A DNA stretch of 64,000 nt from Candidatus Hydrogenedentota bacterium (GCA_019455225.1 JACFMU010000006.1:7561-71560), one strand, 5' to 3'. Shown: positions 41,581 through 51,395, counted from the stretch's first letter. Notes: generated by a model not told the origin, from the sequence alone. Program-made: numbers and translations.

Positions 41581-41700
41581 GGCAATGGCTCCAGGCTGAC
41601 GCCTTGTTGATTATAGCCCCGCCGGATACCGGGCACAAAACGGCTTTCCGGGCGGGGCGCGTGGTAGAATGAACACCCTGAAAGGACGGCATTCACCGGC

Positions 41701-42162
41701 ATGGGCGAAAAAATCATCACCACCAACCGCAAGGCGTTCCATGAGTACCATGTGCTGGACCGCGTCGAGGCGGGCATAGCGCTGCAGGGCACCGAGGTGA
41801 AATCCCTGCGGATGAAGGGCTCCATGCAGTTGAAGGACTGCTATGTGGACTTCGAGCGGGGCGAGGCGGTCCTGGTGGGGGCGCACATCAGCCCCTACGA
41901 GATGGGGAACATCTACAACCACCCGCCGGAGCGCCCGCGCAGGCTGCTGCTTCACAAGCGGGAAATACTGAAACTTTCCGCGAAGGTGGCGGAGAAGGGC
42001 CTGACCGTGGTGCCGTTGAGCGTGTATTTCAAGAAGGGCCGGGTGAAGATAGAACTGGGGCTGTGCCAGGGCAAGCACACCTTTGACAAGCGCGCCTCCA
42101 TCAAGGAGCGGGAAAGCCGCCGCGAGATGGACCGCGCGGTCAAAATGGTCAGGCGGGGGTAG
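41701..42162 (+). CDS. smpB: SsrA-binding protein
   Basis: IITTNRKAFHEYHVLDRVEAGIALQGTEVKSLR...LLLHKREI is the canonical SmpB sequence. Confidence 0.95.
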   Translation: MGEKIITTNRKAFHEYHVLDRVEAGIALQGTEVKSLRMKGSMQLKDCYVDFERGEAVLVGAHISPYEMGNIYNHPPERPRRLLLHKREILKLSAKVAEKGLTVVPLSVYFKKGRVKIELGLCQGKHTFDKRASIKERESRREMDRAVKMVRRG

Positions 42163-42167
42163 GGGCC

Positions 42168-42599
42168 GTGCAGCGCGCGCAGGGCGGCGCACGCCCGCTT
42201 CTGGTCGGGCGGCCGATCCAGATTCAGCCGTATGACATAGACTTTGCGGCCCATGTGAACAACGCGGTGTATGTGCGGTGGCTCGAGGACCTGCGCATGG
42301 ACATGCTGCGCGCCTACTGTCCCATGCGCCCGCTCATGGAGGAGGGCCTCGCGCCGGTCGTCGCCGCGACGCACATCCGCTATGTAAAGCCGCTGAAACT
42401 GTTCGACGCGCCCGTGGGGCGCATGTGGTGCGCCGAGATGGGCCGGGCGACGCTCACGCTGGAGGCGGAGATTGCCGTGGGGGACACGGTTTACACCGCC
42501 GCGACGCAGCGCGTGATGATGGTCAACTGGCAAACGGAAAAGGCGGCCCGGGTGCCGCTGGAACTTCGGGAACGATTCGCGCGGGAGGCGGGGCCATGA
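42168..42599 (+). CDS. acyl-CoA thioesterase (hotdog fold, 4HBT/YbgC-like)
   Basis: IQPYDIDFAAHVNNAVYVRWLEDLRMDMLRA is a hotdog thioesterase signature. GTG start. The stop overlaps a truncated CMD-like ORF. Confidence 0.75.
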   Translation: MQRAQGGARPLLVGRPIQIQPYDIDFAAHVNNAVYVRWLEDLRMDMLRAYCPMRPLMEEGLAPVVAATHIRYVKPLKLFDAPVGRMWCAEMGRATLTLEAEIAVGDTVYTAATQRVMMVNWQTEKAARVPLELRERFAREAGP

Positions 42600-42675
42600 C
42601 CAGACGGACCGGGAGCGGGCGGATGGAGCCCTTCAAGAAAAGGACCTACCGGAGTTTTGGCGAGTTGTGGCGTTG

Positions 42676-42760
42676 CAAGCCTGCGGAGAGGCAATGTAGG
42701 CCTGCAATGAGGCGTTGCAGGCTTGAAACGAGGCATTGGAAGCCTGAAATACGACTGATG
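42676..42760. repeat. four degenerate ~21-bp tandem repeats at the island junction
   Basis: Units CAAGCCTGCGGAGAGGCAATG / TAGGCCTGCAATGAGGCGTTG / CAGGCTTGAAACGAGGCATTG / GAAGCCTGAAATACGACTGATG. They follow a 75-bp fragment homologous to the CMD gene start at 46925. Confidence 0.5.
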
Positions 42761-43070
42761 AAACGAGAGGAAAGGCTCATAAACACAACACTGACAGAAG
42801 GATACGAATCATGGCGCAATTTCCGAGGGACCGAAGCCCAGTGGATGGACTGTAAGGATGAGGTTCTTATGCCTATCCGCATAACATGCCGAGCGAAATG
42901 GAATGGCAAACGACAAGGCACTGAAAGAAGAAGACTTATTGCGACTTTGGGGAGTTTCCCAAAGGGGTCTTATCCGGACAGGAACGAAGAAACCTGCATC
43001 TTATGCGGGTCCATCTAATTATTGTTAGCCCGAAACTACGTCAAGGAAACCCAAGGAAGCCAATTGCGCC

Positions 43071-44270
43071 ATGGAAAGCAAGTCGCTGAACCGAGGCCTC
43101 GGCGCCGCGAAGGCGGCCAAACAGGACGAGTTCTACACCCAGTACGTCGACATCCAGAAAGAGGTCGAGGCCTACCTGGAGTTCGACCCCGACACCTTCC
43201 GCGACAAGGTCGTTTACTGCAACTGCGACGACCCCTTCGAGAGCAACTTCTTCAAGTACTTCGCCGCCAACTTCAACAAGCTAGGCCTCAAGAAGCTCAT
43301 CACCACCAGCTACGACGGCTCCCCCATCGCCGGTCAGCTCACCTTGTTCCCGGAATACGACGAGGGGAATGGCAAGCGCCAGAAGCCCAAGGCGCTCGCC
43401 GTCATCCTCGACCATGTGAAAGATGAGGACGGAGACGGCGCGGTGAACATAGACGACGTGAAACTCTTTCTCAAGCGTAACAAGGCCGCACGGATAGCCT
43501 TGAAAGGAGAAGGCACGTACCCCGGCGGCGACTTTCGCAGCCCCGAGTGCATCGCGCTCCTGAAAGAGGCGGACATTGTCGTCACCAACCCACCCTTCTC
43601 CCTCTTTCGCGAGTACGTCGCGCAACTCGTGGAGCACGGGAAGAAGTTCCTCATCATTGGGAACAAGAACGCGATCACCTACAAGGAGATATTCCCGCTC
43701 ATCAAGGAGAACAGGCTATGGATGGGAGTAACGCCGATGGGCGTCGACATGCTCTTCGACGTACCAGAGCGAGTAGCGAAAGCGATGGTCGCTGCGGGAA
43801 AAAAGGGGAGCAACTACAGGATCGTCAACGGCAAGGTAATGGGCCGGTCTACTTCGGTCTGGTTCACAAACCTGGACCATGGCCGCCGCCACCAAAAGCT
43901 GCCCCTCATGACCATGGAGGACCACTTAAGGTTCAGTAAACACAAGGAGATCAAGGGCAAGGCGGCCTACGACCGGTACGTCAACTACGACGCAATCGAA
44001 GTTCCGTACACCGACGCGATCCCCAGCGACTACGATGGCGTCATGGGCGTCCCCATCTCTTTCCTCGACAAGTACAACCCTGACCAGTTCGAGATTCTGG
44101 GATCAAGCATGACCCTCAGTGTTCCGATGTCCCAGTTCGCAAAAAAGGGAAGCTACTTGCAAGGCGGGCCGCGTTTCTACATTGACAATGGCGACGGAAG
44201 TTATCGCCGGATGTACGACAGAATCGTCATCCGCCACCGCGCCCGGACAGCAACAGGGAGGAAAAAGTGA
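43071..44270 (+). CDS. N6-adenine DNA methyltransferase, EcoRI-methylase-like family
   Basis: N-terminal [16 protein letters not shown] block (DEFYT), catalytic NPPF motif ([14 protein letters not shown]), and 399 aa. Lower GC than flanking DNA. AGGAAG RBS upstream. Confidence 0.75.
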   Translation: MESKSLNRGLGAAKAAKQDEFYTQYVDIQKEVEAYLEFDPDTFRDKVVYCNCDDPFESNFFKYFAANFNKLGLKKLITTSYDGSPIAGQLTLFPEYDEGNGKRQKPKALAVILDHVKDEDGDGAVNIDDVKLFLKRNKAARIALKGEGTYPGGDFRSPECIALLKEADIVVTNPPFSLFREYVAQLVEHGKKFLIIGNKNAITYKEIFPLIKENRLWMGVTPMGVDMLFDVPERVAKAMVAAGKKGSNYRIVNGKVMGRSTSVWFTNLDHGRRHQKLPLMTMEDHLRFSKHKEIKGKAAYDRYVNYDAIEVPYTDAIPSDYDGVMGVPISFLDKYNPDQFEILGSSMTLSVPMSQFAKKGSYLQGGPRFYIDNGDGSYRRMYDRIVIRHRARTATGRKK

Positions 44271-45436
44271 AGACCACGCTAAGAACCGACATCACGGTCG
44301 CCGATATCTGCGACGAGTTTGTGTACAACGATTTTGAGGGCAAAGGGTTGTTCGGGCTGAGCGGAAAGCTCACCATCCAGCCGGAGTACCAGCGCAACTA
44401 TATCTATAAGGACATCGAAGGCGGCAAGAAAGAGCAGGATGTGATCCATTCGCTGCTCAAGGAGTATCCGCTCGGGCTGATCTACTTCAACAAAGTCGGC
44501 GAGGACAAGTTCGAGGTGCTGGACGGCCAGCAGCGGATCACCAGTATCGGACGGTTCGTTACGAACAAGTTCGCGATCATGGATAACGGCAACCCGAAGA
44601 ATTTCGACAGCCTGCCCGCCGACCAACAAGCCACGATTCGGGACTCGAAATTGCTGATCTACGAGTGCGAGGGCACGGAGACCGAGATTAAGCAGTGGTT
44701 TGAGACGATCAACATCGCGGGCGTGCCGCTCAAACCGCAGGAACTCTTGAACGCCATCTATTCCGGCCCGTTCGTAACCCTTGCGAAGACGGAGTTCAGC
44801 AACAGCCAGAACGCGAACATCCAGAAGTGGAGCGCCTATGTCAGGGGCAGCGCGAACCGGCAGGAGTTCCTGGAGCGGGCGCTGGACTGGGTGAGCCAGG
44901 GCGATATCGGCGGCTACATGAGCGCTCATCGCAACGACAAGAGCATCAATGAGCTGAAGACCTACTTTAACAGCGTGATCGACTGGGTTTCAACCGTGTT
45001 TGTCGACGTTCTCCCAGAAATGAAGGGACTGGAGTGGGGCAGGTTGTACGAGGAGCACCACGGCAAGTCCTACGATCCAAAGAAGATGTCGGACGATGTA
45101 AAAGAACTCGCCGCCGATGACTGCGTGAAGAGCCGCAAGGGAATTTTCGAGTTTCTATTAGGCGGATTCGTCGATACGAAGTTGTTGGACGTCCGGGTGT
45201 TCGACAAGCCGGTAAAGCGGGCCACATACGATAAGCAGACGCAAGCCGCCGAGGGCAAGGGCGAGTCCAACTGTCCGCTCTGCGCGATTGGGCACGATGC
45301 GAACCAGAGTAGGATCTATAAGTTCGAGGAAATGGACGCCGACCACGTTTCCGCGTGGAGCAAGGGCGGCGAAAGCTCCGCCAAGAACTGCCAGATGCTC
45401 TGCGTTACCCACAATCGGGCCAAAGGTAATCGATGA
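44267..45436 (+). CDS. DUF262 (ParB-like nuclease fold) - HNH endonuclease fusion protein
   Basis: N-terminal DUF262 signature [18 protein letters not shown]-terminal HNH motif CPLCAIGHD...[13 protein letters not shown]...[18 protein letters not shown] start overlaps the methyltransferase stop (GTGA). Confidence 0.8.
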   Translation: MKTTLRTDITVADICDEFVYNDFEGKGLFGLSGKLTIQPEYQRNYIYKDIEGGKKEQDVIHSLLKEYPLGLIYFNKVGEDKFEVLDGQQRITSIGRFVTNKFAIMDNGNPKNFDSLPADQQATIRDSKLLIYECEGTETEIKQWFETINIAGVPLKPQELLNAIYSGPFVTLAKTEFSNSQNANIQKWSAYVRGSANRQEFLERALDWVSQGDIGGYMSAHRNDKSINELKTYFNSVIDWVSTVFVDVLPEMKGLEWGRLYEEHHGKSYDPKKMSDDVKELAADDCVKSRKGIFEFLLGGFVDTKLLDVRVFDKPVKRATYDKQTQAAEGKGESNCPLCAIGHDANQSRIYKFEEMDADHVSAWSKGGESSAKNCQMLCVTHNRAKGNR

Positions 45437-45732
45437 TATGGGCGTGCTACAGCCCGGCGCGCCCCCTCATGGAGGAGGGGCTTGCGCCGGTCGTCGCCGC
45501 GACGCACATCCGCTACTTGAAGCCGCTCAAACTGTTCGACGCGCCCATGGGGCGGATGTGGTGCTCCGAAATGGGCCGGGCGACGCTGACGCTTGAGGCG
45601 GAGATTGTGGTGGGGGACGCGGTCCACACCACCGCGACACAGCGCGTGATGATGGTCAACTGGCAAACGGAAAAGGCGGCCCGGGTGCCGCTGGAACTGC
45701 GCGAATCCTTCGCGCGGGAGGCGGGGTTATGA
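45433..45732 (+). pseudogene. truncated duplicate of the acyl-CoA thioesterase 3' portion
   Basis: Bases 45450-45732 are about 90% identical to 42330-42599. The fragment encodes only the C-terminal ~95 aa (PLMEEGLAPVVAATHIRY...), begins at the stop of the HNH gene, and lacks the catalytic N-terminal half. Confidence 0.6.
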
Positions 45733-46928
45733 TGGGGCAACAAGAGCGGCGGGCGCTGCTCCGGATGAAACCGGAGACACTGTGGGAGGGCGAGCCGCGC
45801 CTGGGCAGCGCCTACGGCGAGGAGGAAATCGAGGCGGCGGTGGCGGCGATGCGGGACTCGCGGGACGTGGGCCGGGGCTTCTCCGGGCCGGAGATTGCCG
45901 CGTTCGAGGAGGCCTTCGCGGCCTATGCGGGCACACGGCACGCGGTGGCGCTGAACAGTTGCGGGCCGGGCCTGGACTTGGCCATGCGCATGCTGGACCT
46001 CCAGCCGGGGGACGAGGTGATTGTCCCGGCGATAAATTTTGTGGCGTCGCCCCTGGCGGTGGCGGGCGCGGGCGGACAGGTGGTGTGGGGCGAGGTGGAC
46101 CCGGCCACCCTGCAACTGGACCCGAACGACGTGGAGCGGCGCATCACGCCGCGCACACGGGCCATTTTCCCGGTACACATGAACGGGCTGGCGGCGCCGA
46201 TGGATGATTTTCTGGAGCTGGCCCGGCGGCACCCGCATGAAAAACACGGGCCGCCGGCGGTCATCGGCGACGCGGCGCGGGCCTGCGGCGGGGAGTACAA
46301 GGGGGAGAAACTGGGCAAACACGGGTTGCTGACGGTCTTTTCGTTCCACACCATGAAGAACATGGTGACCCTGGGCGAGGGCGGAATGGTGACGACCGAC
46401 GACGACGACGCGGCGCGGTTCATCCGCTCGTCCCGCTTTTTCGGCTTCGACGACATGGAGCGGTGGGGCTCGTCCTTTGTGATGACGAATGTGCAGGCCG
46501 CCGTGGGGCTGGTGCAGTTGCGGAAACTGGACGGGTTCATCGCGGCGCGGCGGCGCCTGGCCCGCGACCGGACGGAAATGCTGGCGGGCGTGCCGGAGCT
46601 GACCCTGCCCCATGAACCGCCGGACTGTCTGCACACTTATTACTTATACACGTGTCTTGTGTGCCGGGAATGGGCCGGGGAGACGCGGGACCGCCTGATG
46701 CGGATAATGGACGAGCGCTTCGGCGTGCGCCTGCTGGTGGCGAACAGGCCCGCCTATGAGGCGCACGCCTACCTGCGGCGGCACACGGCGGGGCAGTCGC
46801 TGCCCCTGTCGGAGGAGCTGGGCGCGCGGCTGTTTTGCATTCCGACGCATCCGGCCATGTCCGACGAGGACAACCGGTACATCGCGGCGGCCATAATCGA
46901 GTGCGTGGAGACACTGCGCGGGGAATGA
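45729..46928 (+). CDS. DegT/DnrJ/EryC1/StrS family PLP-dependent aminotransferase (ArnB-like)
   Basis: 399 aa. Motifs GDEVIVPAINFVASP and FSFHTMKNMVTLGEGGMV (PLP Lys region). Confidence 0.9.
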   Translation: MMGQQERRALLRMKPETLWEGEPRLGSAYGEEEIEAAVAAMRDSRDVGRGFSGPEIAAFEEAFAAYAGTRHAVALNSCGPGLDLAMRMLDLQPGDEVIVPAINFVASPLAVAGAGGQVVWGEVDPATLQLDPNDVERRITPRTRAIFPVHMNGLAAPMDDFLELARRHPHEKHGPPAVIGDAARACGGEYKGEKLGKHGLLTVFSFHTMKNMVTLGEGGMVTTDDDDAARFIRSSRFFGFDDMERWGSSFVMTNVQAAVGLVQLRKLDGFIAARRRLARDRTEMLAGVPELTLPHEPPDCLHTYYLYTCLVCREWAGETRDRLMRIMDERFGVRLLVANRPAYEAHAYLRRHTAGQSLPLSEELGARLFCIPTHPAMSDEDNRYIAAAIIECVETLRGE

Positions 46929-47431
46929 CCCGCGCCGGGAGCGCGTCCATGGAGCCCTTCAGGAAAAGGACCTACCGGAGCTTTGGCGAGTTTGCCGCCG
47001 ACCTGCGTCATCTTTGGGCGCGGCGGAAACAGGTGCGCAGGCTGACGAGCGGGAAGGGGCTTGACCCGGCGTTTCGCGAGCGCATCATGCTTGCGGTGAC
47101 ACGGGTGAACGCGTGCCGGTTCTGCACCTTCGCGCACAGCCGCGCGGCGCTTCAGGCGGGCATGACCAGGGGCGAGGTGGACACCCTGCTGGGCGGCGGA
47201 TTTGGGGACTGTCCGGAAAGCGAGCTGCCCGCCGTGCTCTATGCGAAGGACTGGGCCGAGGCGGGCGGGACGCCGGACCCGGAGGCGGAGCGGCGTCTGG
47301 CGGAGACCTACGGGGAGGAGGCCGCGGCGGACATTTTGCTCGCACTCCGCATCATCCGCGCCGGAAACCTCACGGGGAACACGGTGGACTGTTTTCTGCA
47401 CCGTGTCTCGTTTGGCCGCCTGGGAAAGTGA
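46925..47431 (+). CDS. carboxymuconolactone decarboxylase (CMD/AhpD-like) family protein
   Basis: VTRVNACRFCTFAHSRAALQAG matches the CxxC/H motif of AhpD-like CMD proteins. ATGA overlap with the DegT-like gene. Confidence 0.75.
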   Translation: MTRAGSASMEPFRKRTYRSFGEFAADLRHLWARRKQVRRLTSGKGLDPAFRERIMLAVTRVNACRFCTFAHSRAALQAGMTRGEVDTLLGGGFGDCPESELPAVLYAKDWAEAGGTPDPEAERRLAETYGEEAAADILLALRIIRAGNLTGNTVDCFLHRVSFGRLGK

Positions 47432-47456
47432 GTTTGTTCTGCTATAATCGCCGCCT

Positions 47457-48464
47457 ATGAAACTGATCATACAAATCCCCTGCTACAACGAGGAGGCGAC
47501 GCTGGGCGTCGCGCTGGACGCGCTGCCCCGGTCGGTTCCCGGCGTGGATGTGGTCGAGTGGCTGGTGGTGGACGACGGGTCCACGGACCGGACGGCGGAG
47601 GTGGCGCGGGGGCACGGCGCGGACCATGTGGTGCGGTTCCGCGCGAACAGGGGTCTGGCCAGCGCGTTTATGGCGGGGCTGGACGCCTGCATCACCCGCG
47701 GCGCGGACATCATCGTGAACACGGACGCGGACAACCAGTACAACGCGGGGGACATTCCGGCGCTGATTGCGCCCATCCTGCGGGGCGAGGCGGAGATTGT
47801 GGTGGGGGCGCGGCCCATCAATGAAATACAGCACTGGTCCATGCTGAAGAAGCTCCTGCAAAAGGCGGGGTCCTGGGTGGTGCGCATGGCCAGCCGGACC
47901 AATGTGCCCGACGCGCCGAGCGGTTTCCGCGCCATGACCAGGGACGCGGCGCTGCGTCTGAACGTGTTCGGCGAGTACACCTACACCCTGGAGACCATCA
48001 TCCAGGCGGGCCGGAAAAACATGGCCATCACCTCCGTGCCGGTGCGGACAAACCCCGACCTGCGGCCCTCGCGGCTCATACACAGCATACCCGCGTACCT
48101 GCGGCGCTCCCTGTTCACCATCGCGCGCATTTTAATGACCTACCGGCCCTTCCGTTTCTTTGCCATCCCCGGCGCCGGGCTTTTCCTGCTCGGAACGCTT
48201 CCCGCCCTGCGCTTTCTCTATTTTTACTCGCAGGGGTACGGCAACGGGCACATCCAGTCCCTGCTCTTCGGCATTCTTTTCATGGGCACCGGCGCCGCCC
48301 TGGTGGTGGTGGGGCTCCTGGCCGACCTGGTGGGGGTCAACCGGCAGTTGCTGGAGGAAGTCCGGTGGCGGCTGCGCCGCATGGAACTGCGGCTCCAGGA
48401 AGAGCGGACGGAGGGGGAGAAAGGGGAGGCGCAACAGGCCGGGGGGGAGACTCAGGGAAGGTAG
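47457..48464 (+). CDS. family 2 glycosyltransferase, polyprenyl-phosphate sugar transferase type (ArnC/GtrB/DPM1-like)
   Basis: IQIPCYNEEATLG...VVDDGSTDRT...TDADNQ GT-A motifs plus two C-terminal TM helices. Confidence 0.85.
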   Translation: MKLIIQIPCYNEEATLGVALDALPRSVPGVDVVEWLVVDDGSTDRTAEVARGHGADHVVRFRANRGLASAFMAGLDACITRGADIIVNTDADNQYNAGDIPALIAPILRGEAEIVVGARPINEIQHWSMLKKLLQKAGSWVVRMASRTNVPDAPSGFRAMTRDAALRLNVFGEYTYTLETIIQAGRKNMAITSVPVRTNPDLRPSRLIHSIPAYLRRSLFTIARILMTYRPFRFFAIPGAGLFLLGTLPALRFLYFYSQGYGNGHIQSLLFGILFMGTGAALVVVGLLADLVGVNRQLLEEVRWRLRRMELRLQEERTEGEKGEAQQAGGETQGR

Positions 48465-48985
48465 TTCCGGGGATTGACCGGCGTGCCGTTCCGGCGCACC
48501 TCGTAATGGAGGTGGTTGGTGGTCGCGTTTCCGCTGTGCCCCACCTCGCCGATGATCTCGCCCCGCTGCACCTCCTGGCCCACTTCCGCATGGCGTTTCG
48601 AGAGGTGCCCGTAGGCGCTGGAGAGGCCGTTGCCGTGCTCGACCACGATGATCTGGCCGTAGGCGCCGCTGCTAACCGCGGAGACCACGGTTCCCGAGGC
48701 CGCACTGCGCACCGGCGTCCCGAGGGGGGCCACAATGTCCAGCCCCTTGTGGCGGCGGCTTCGGCCCCGCCGCACCCCGTATTCAGAGCTGACATAACTC
48801 TGGGGATGCTCCACCGGCCAGATGGCGGGGTGGTTTGCAGGCGTTTTCGCGGAGGCGCGGTCCGGTTTCGAGCACATCGGTTTGGCCCAGGGGGCGCGAA
48901 GATGCGCGCACCCGCCGCCCAATGCAAACACCGCCAGACACAAGACCAGCGCGGCAGCCCTAGTGCGTTCAGCCCTAAAAATCAC
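48452..48985 (-). CDS. M23 family metallopeptidase (LytM domain) lipoprotein
   Basis: HKGLDIVAPLGTPV...GHSGNATTNHLHYEV are M23 motifs. Lipobox LAVFALGGGC. GTG start with AAGGGAG upstream. An alternative ATG at 49060 would add 25 residues. Confidence 0.7.
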   Translation of the reverse strand: MIFRAERTRAAALVLCLAVFALGGGCAHLRAPWAKPMCSKPDRASAKTPANHPAIWPVEHPQSYVSSEYGVRRGRSRRHKGLDIVAPLGTPVRSAASGTVVSAVSSGAYGQIIVVEHGNGLSSAYGHLSKRHAEVGQEVQRGEIIGEVGHSGNATTNHLHYEVRRNGTPVNPRNYLP

Positions 48986-49097
48986 GAATTGGGGTACTCC
49001 CTTTGGACAGTATGGAAGGGAATCTACCACAGGTTTTTGCGAATAATCAACCTTTGGCAAGAATTATCCGTCAAGAGTTTACCTGCCGGGGGAGGGT

Positions 49098-49210
49098 GAA
49101 TACGGGGGTGTGGACAGAGTGGACCGGAGTGGACGAAGTGGGCCTGACATGCCTTGCAAGGCCACATCCATCCAGTCCACTCTGTCCACGCCGTCCACGC
49201 CGTCCACCCG
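49098..49210. repeat. inverted arrays of GTGGAC-type 9-bp tandem repeats (long hairpin)
   Basis: GTGGACAGAGTGGACCGGAGTGGACGAAGTGGG ... GTCCACTCTGTCCACGCCGTCCACGCCGTCCACCC. Located between the dnaK stop and the M23 peptidase start. Confidence 0.6.
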
Positions 49211-49227
49211 TTTCTGTTCTTTGGCGG

Positions 49228-51129
49228 TCAGTTGTTGACCACCGTGAAATCGGCGTCCATGGTGTTGTCGTCTCCGCGGGGCGCCGTGCCGCAGGCACCG
49301 CCGCCGCAGTCGCCTCCGGCGCAGCCGGCCGCGGCGGAGGCGTTGCGGTACATCGCCTCGGCCATTTTGTGCGAGGCGCGCTCCACTTCGCCCATGGCGG
49401 ACTCCATGGCCGTTGTGTCGTCCCGTTTCAGGGCGTCGCGGAGGCCGTCCAGGGCGCGCCCCACTTCCGCCTTCGCGGCGGGCTCCAGTTTGTCCCCGTT
49501 CTCGGCCAGGGTCTTTTCCGTGCTGTAGAGCGTCTGGTCGGCGCGGTTGCGGACCTCGATGGCGTGTTTGCGCTCCTGGTCCTCGCCCGCGTGCTGCTCG
49601 GCGTCGCGGACCATCCGCTGGATTTCGCTTTCCGAGAGCCCGGACGACGCCTCGATGCGGATTTGCTGCGCCTTGCCCGTGGCCAGGTCCTTCGCGGACA
49701 CATGGAGGATGCCGTCGGCGTCCAGGTCGAAGGCCACCTCGATTTGCGGCAGGCCGCGCGGCGCGGGCGGGAGCCCCTCGAGGTTGAAGCGGCCCAGGGT
49801 GCGGTTGTGCGCGGCGAGTTCGCGCTCGCCCTGCAGGACATGCACCGTCACCGCCGTCTGGCCGTCCTCCGCCGTGGAGAAGACCTGTTTCTTCGAAACG
49901 GGGATGGTGGTGTTCCGCTCGACCAGCTTGGTGAAGACGCCGCCGAGGGTCTCAATGCCGAGGGAGAGCGGGGTCACGTCCAGCAGGAGCACGTCCTTCA
50001 CCTCGCCCGAGATGACCCCGGCCTGGATGGCCGCGCCCAGCGCCACCACCTCGTCGGGGTTCACGCCCCGGTGCGGCTCCCTGCCGAAGAGCTCCTTCAC
50101 GATGCCGCCCACGGCGGGCATGCGGGTCATGCCGCCCACCAGGATGACCTCGTCAATGTCCGAGGCCTTGAGCCCGGCGTCCTTGAGCGCCCGGCGGCAC
50201 GGCTCCTTGGTGCGCTCCAGCAGGTCCGCGCAGAGCTGCTCCAGTTTCGCGCGCGTCAGGGTGAGGTTCAAGTGCTTCGGTCCGGCGGCGTCCGCCGTGA
50301 TGAACGGCAGGTTCACGTCCGTTTGAAGCGTGGAACTGAGCTCGCACTTGGCCTTCTCGGCCGCCTCCTTCAGGCGCTGGAGCGCCATGGGGTCTTTCCG
50401 CAGGTCAATGCCCTGTTCGCGCATGAACTCGTCCGCGAGCCAGTTGATGACCGCCCCGTCAAAGTCGTCGCCGCCAAGGTGGGTGTCGCCGTTGGTGCTC
50501 AGCACCTCGAAACTGTCGTCCTCGATGGCGAGGATGGAGATGTCGAAGGTGCCGCCGCCCAGGTCATACACGGCCACCTTCTCGTTCTTCTTCTTGTCCA
50601 GGCCGTAGGCGAGCGCGGCCGCGGTGGGCTCGTTGACGATGCGCAGCACCTCCAGCCCCGCGATGCGGCCCGCGTCCTTGGTCGCCTGCCGCTGCGAGTC
50701 GTTGAAGTACGCCGGGACGGTGATGACCGCCCTGTCCACCTTCTCGCCCAGATAGGCCTCCGCCGACTCCTTCAGCTTCTGGAGTATCATCCCGGAAATC
50801 TCGGGGGGACGGTAGGCGCGGCCCTGGACTTCCACCTGGCAGTCACCGGACGCGGCCCGGCTCACCCTGTAGGGGACCCGCTCGCCGGCCACCTCGTCAT
50901 GCCTGCGCCCCATGAAGCGTTTGATGGAAAAGACGGTGTTCTGGGGGTTGGTCACGGCCTGGCGGCGGGCGGTGGTTCCCACAAGCCGTTCGCCGTCCTT
51001 GGTGAACGCCACCACGGACGGGGTGGTTCGCGCGCCCTCGGGGTTGGTAATCACCACCGGGTCGCCGTTTTCTATCACCGCAACGCACGAGTTGGTCGTG
51101 CCCAGGTCTATGCCGATTGTTTTTGCCAT
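49228..51129 (-). CDS. dnaK: molecular chaperone DnaK (Hsp70)
   Basis: [18 protein letters not shown]...DLGGGTFD...[11 protein letters not shown] are Hsp70 signatures. Confidence 0.97.
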   Translation of the reverse strand: MAKTIGIDLGTTNSCVAVIENGDPVVITNPEGARTTPSVVAFTKDGERLVGTTARRQAVTNPQNTVFSIKRFMGRRHDEVAGERVPYRVSRAASGDCQVEVQGRAYRPPEISGMILQKLKESAEAYLGEKVDRAVITVPAYFNDSQRQATKDAGRIAGLEVLRIVNEPTAAALAYGLDKKKNEKVAVYDLGGGTFDISILAIEDDSFEVLSTNGDTHLGGDDFDGAVINWLADEFMREQGIDLRKDPMALQRLKEAAEKAKCELSSTLQTDVNLPFITADAAGPKHLNLTLTRAKLEQLCADLLERTKEPCRRALKDAGLKASDIDEVILVGGMTRMPAVGGIVKELFGREPHRGVNPDEVVALGAAIQAGVISGEVKDVLLLDVTPLSLGIETLGGVFTKLVERNTTIPVSKKQVFSTAEDGQTAVTVHVLQGERELAAHNRTLGRFNLEGLPPAPRGLPQIEVAFDLDADGILHVSAKDLATGKAQQIRIEASSGLSESEIQRMVRDAEQHAGEDQERKHAIEVRNRADQTLYSTEKTLAENGDKLEPAAKAEVGRALDGLRDALKRDDTTAMESAMGEVERASHKMAEAMYRNASAAAGCAGGDCGGGACGTAPRGDDNTMDADFTVVNN

Positions 51130-51395
51130 GGTATGTGTCTCCCTATTTAATTGTGGCCGGCTCTTGGCTTGCCCACAGATGGTTTATTTCCACGGCGTTG
51201 ATTCCGCATCTTGCATGCCAGCGGCGGCCATGACAAAGCCATTGTCATAACATTCTGTGAATGAATGGGTTATGCGGTGCCACCCACATGCGCGCCCGGT
51301 CTTTATTGCGTGCCGGGGTGTTTCATTAAAGAACGCATTTGTGCCGAATTGACACGTTCATGATTGGGAAGGATGCAGGCAGTCTTTTCAGCCTT

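Noticed and set aside
41581-41700. Looked for a tmRNA (ssrA) gene next to smpB
   Set aside because: No tRNA-like acceptor/T-arm (GGTTCGA.TCC, CCA end) or tag-reading-frame features in the 120-bp upstream region or the flanks.
42596-43018. 141-aa ORF following the thioesterase (MTRRTGSGRMEPFKKRTYRSFGELWRCKPAERQCRP...)
   Set aside because: Only the first ~25 codons resemble the CMD gene. The rest reads through the 21-bp tandem repeats and AT-rich cassette flank. This is a chimeric remnant, not a functional gene.
49003-51150. 715-aa plus-strand ORF antisense to dnaK, and the 473-aa (53181-54602) and 833-aa (58385-60886) minus-strand ORFs antisense to the kinase and to cdsA/prfB
   Set aside because: Each is the opposite strand of a highly conserved housekeeping gene. 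These are GC-driven open frames.
51130-51395. Looked for a CIRCE/HrcA operator upstream of dnaK
   Set aside because: No TTAGCACTC-N9-GAGTGCTAA-like inverted repeat is present. Only the unrelated MITE and a possible sigma70 promoter for the divergent gene are seen.
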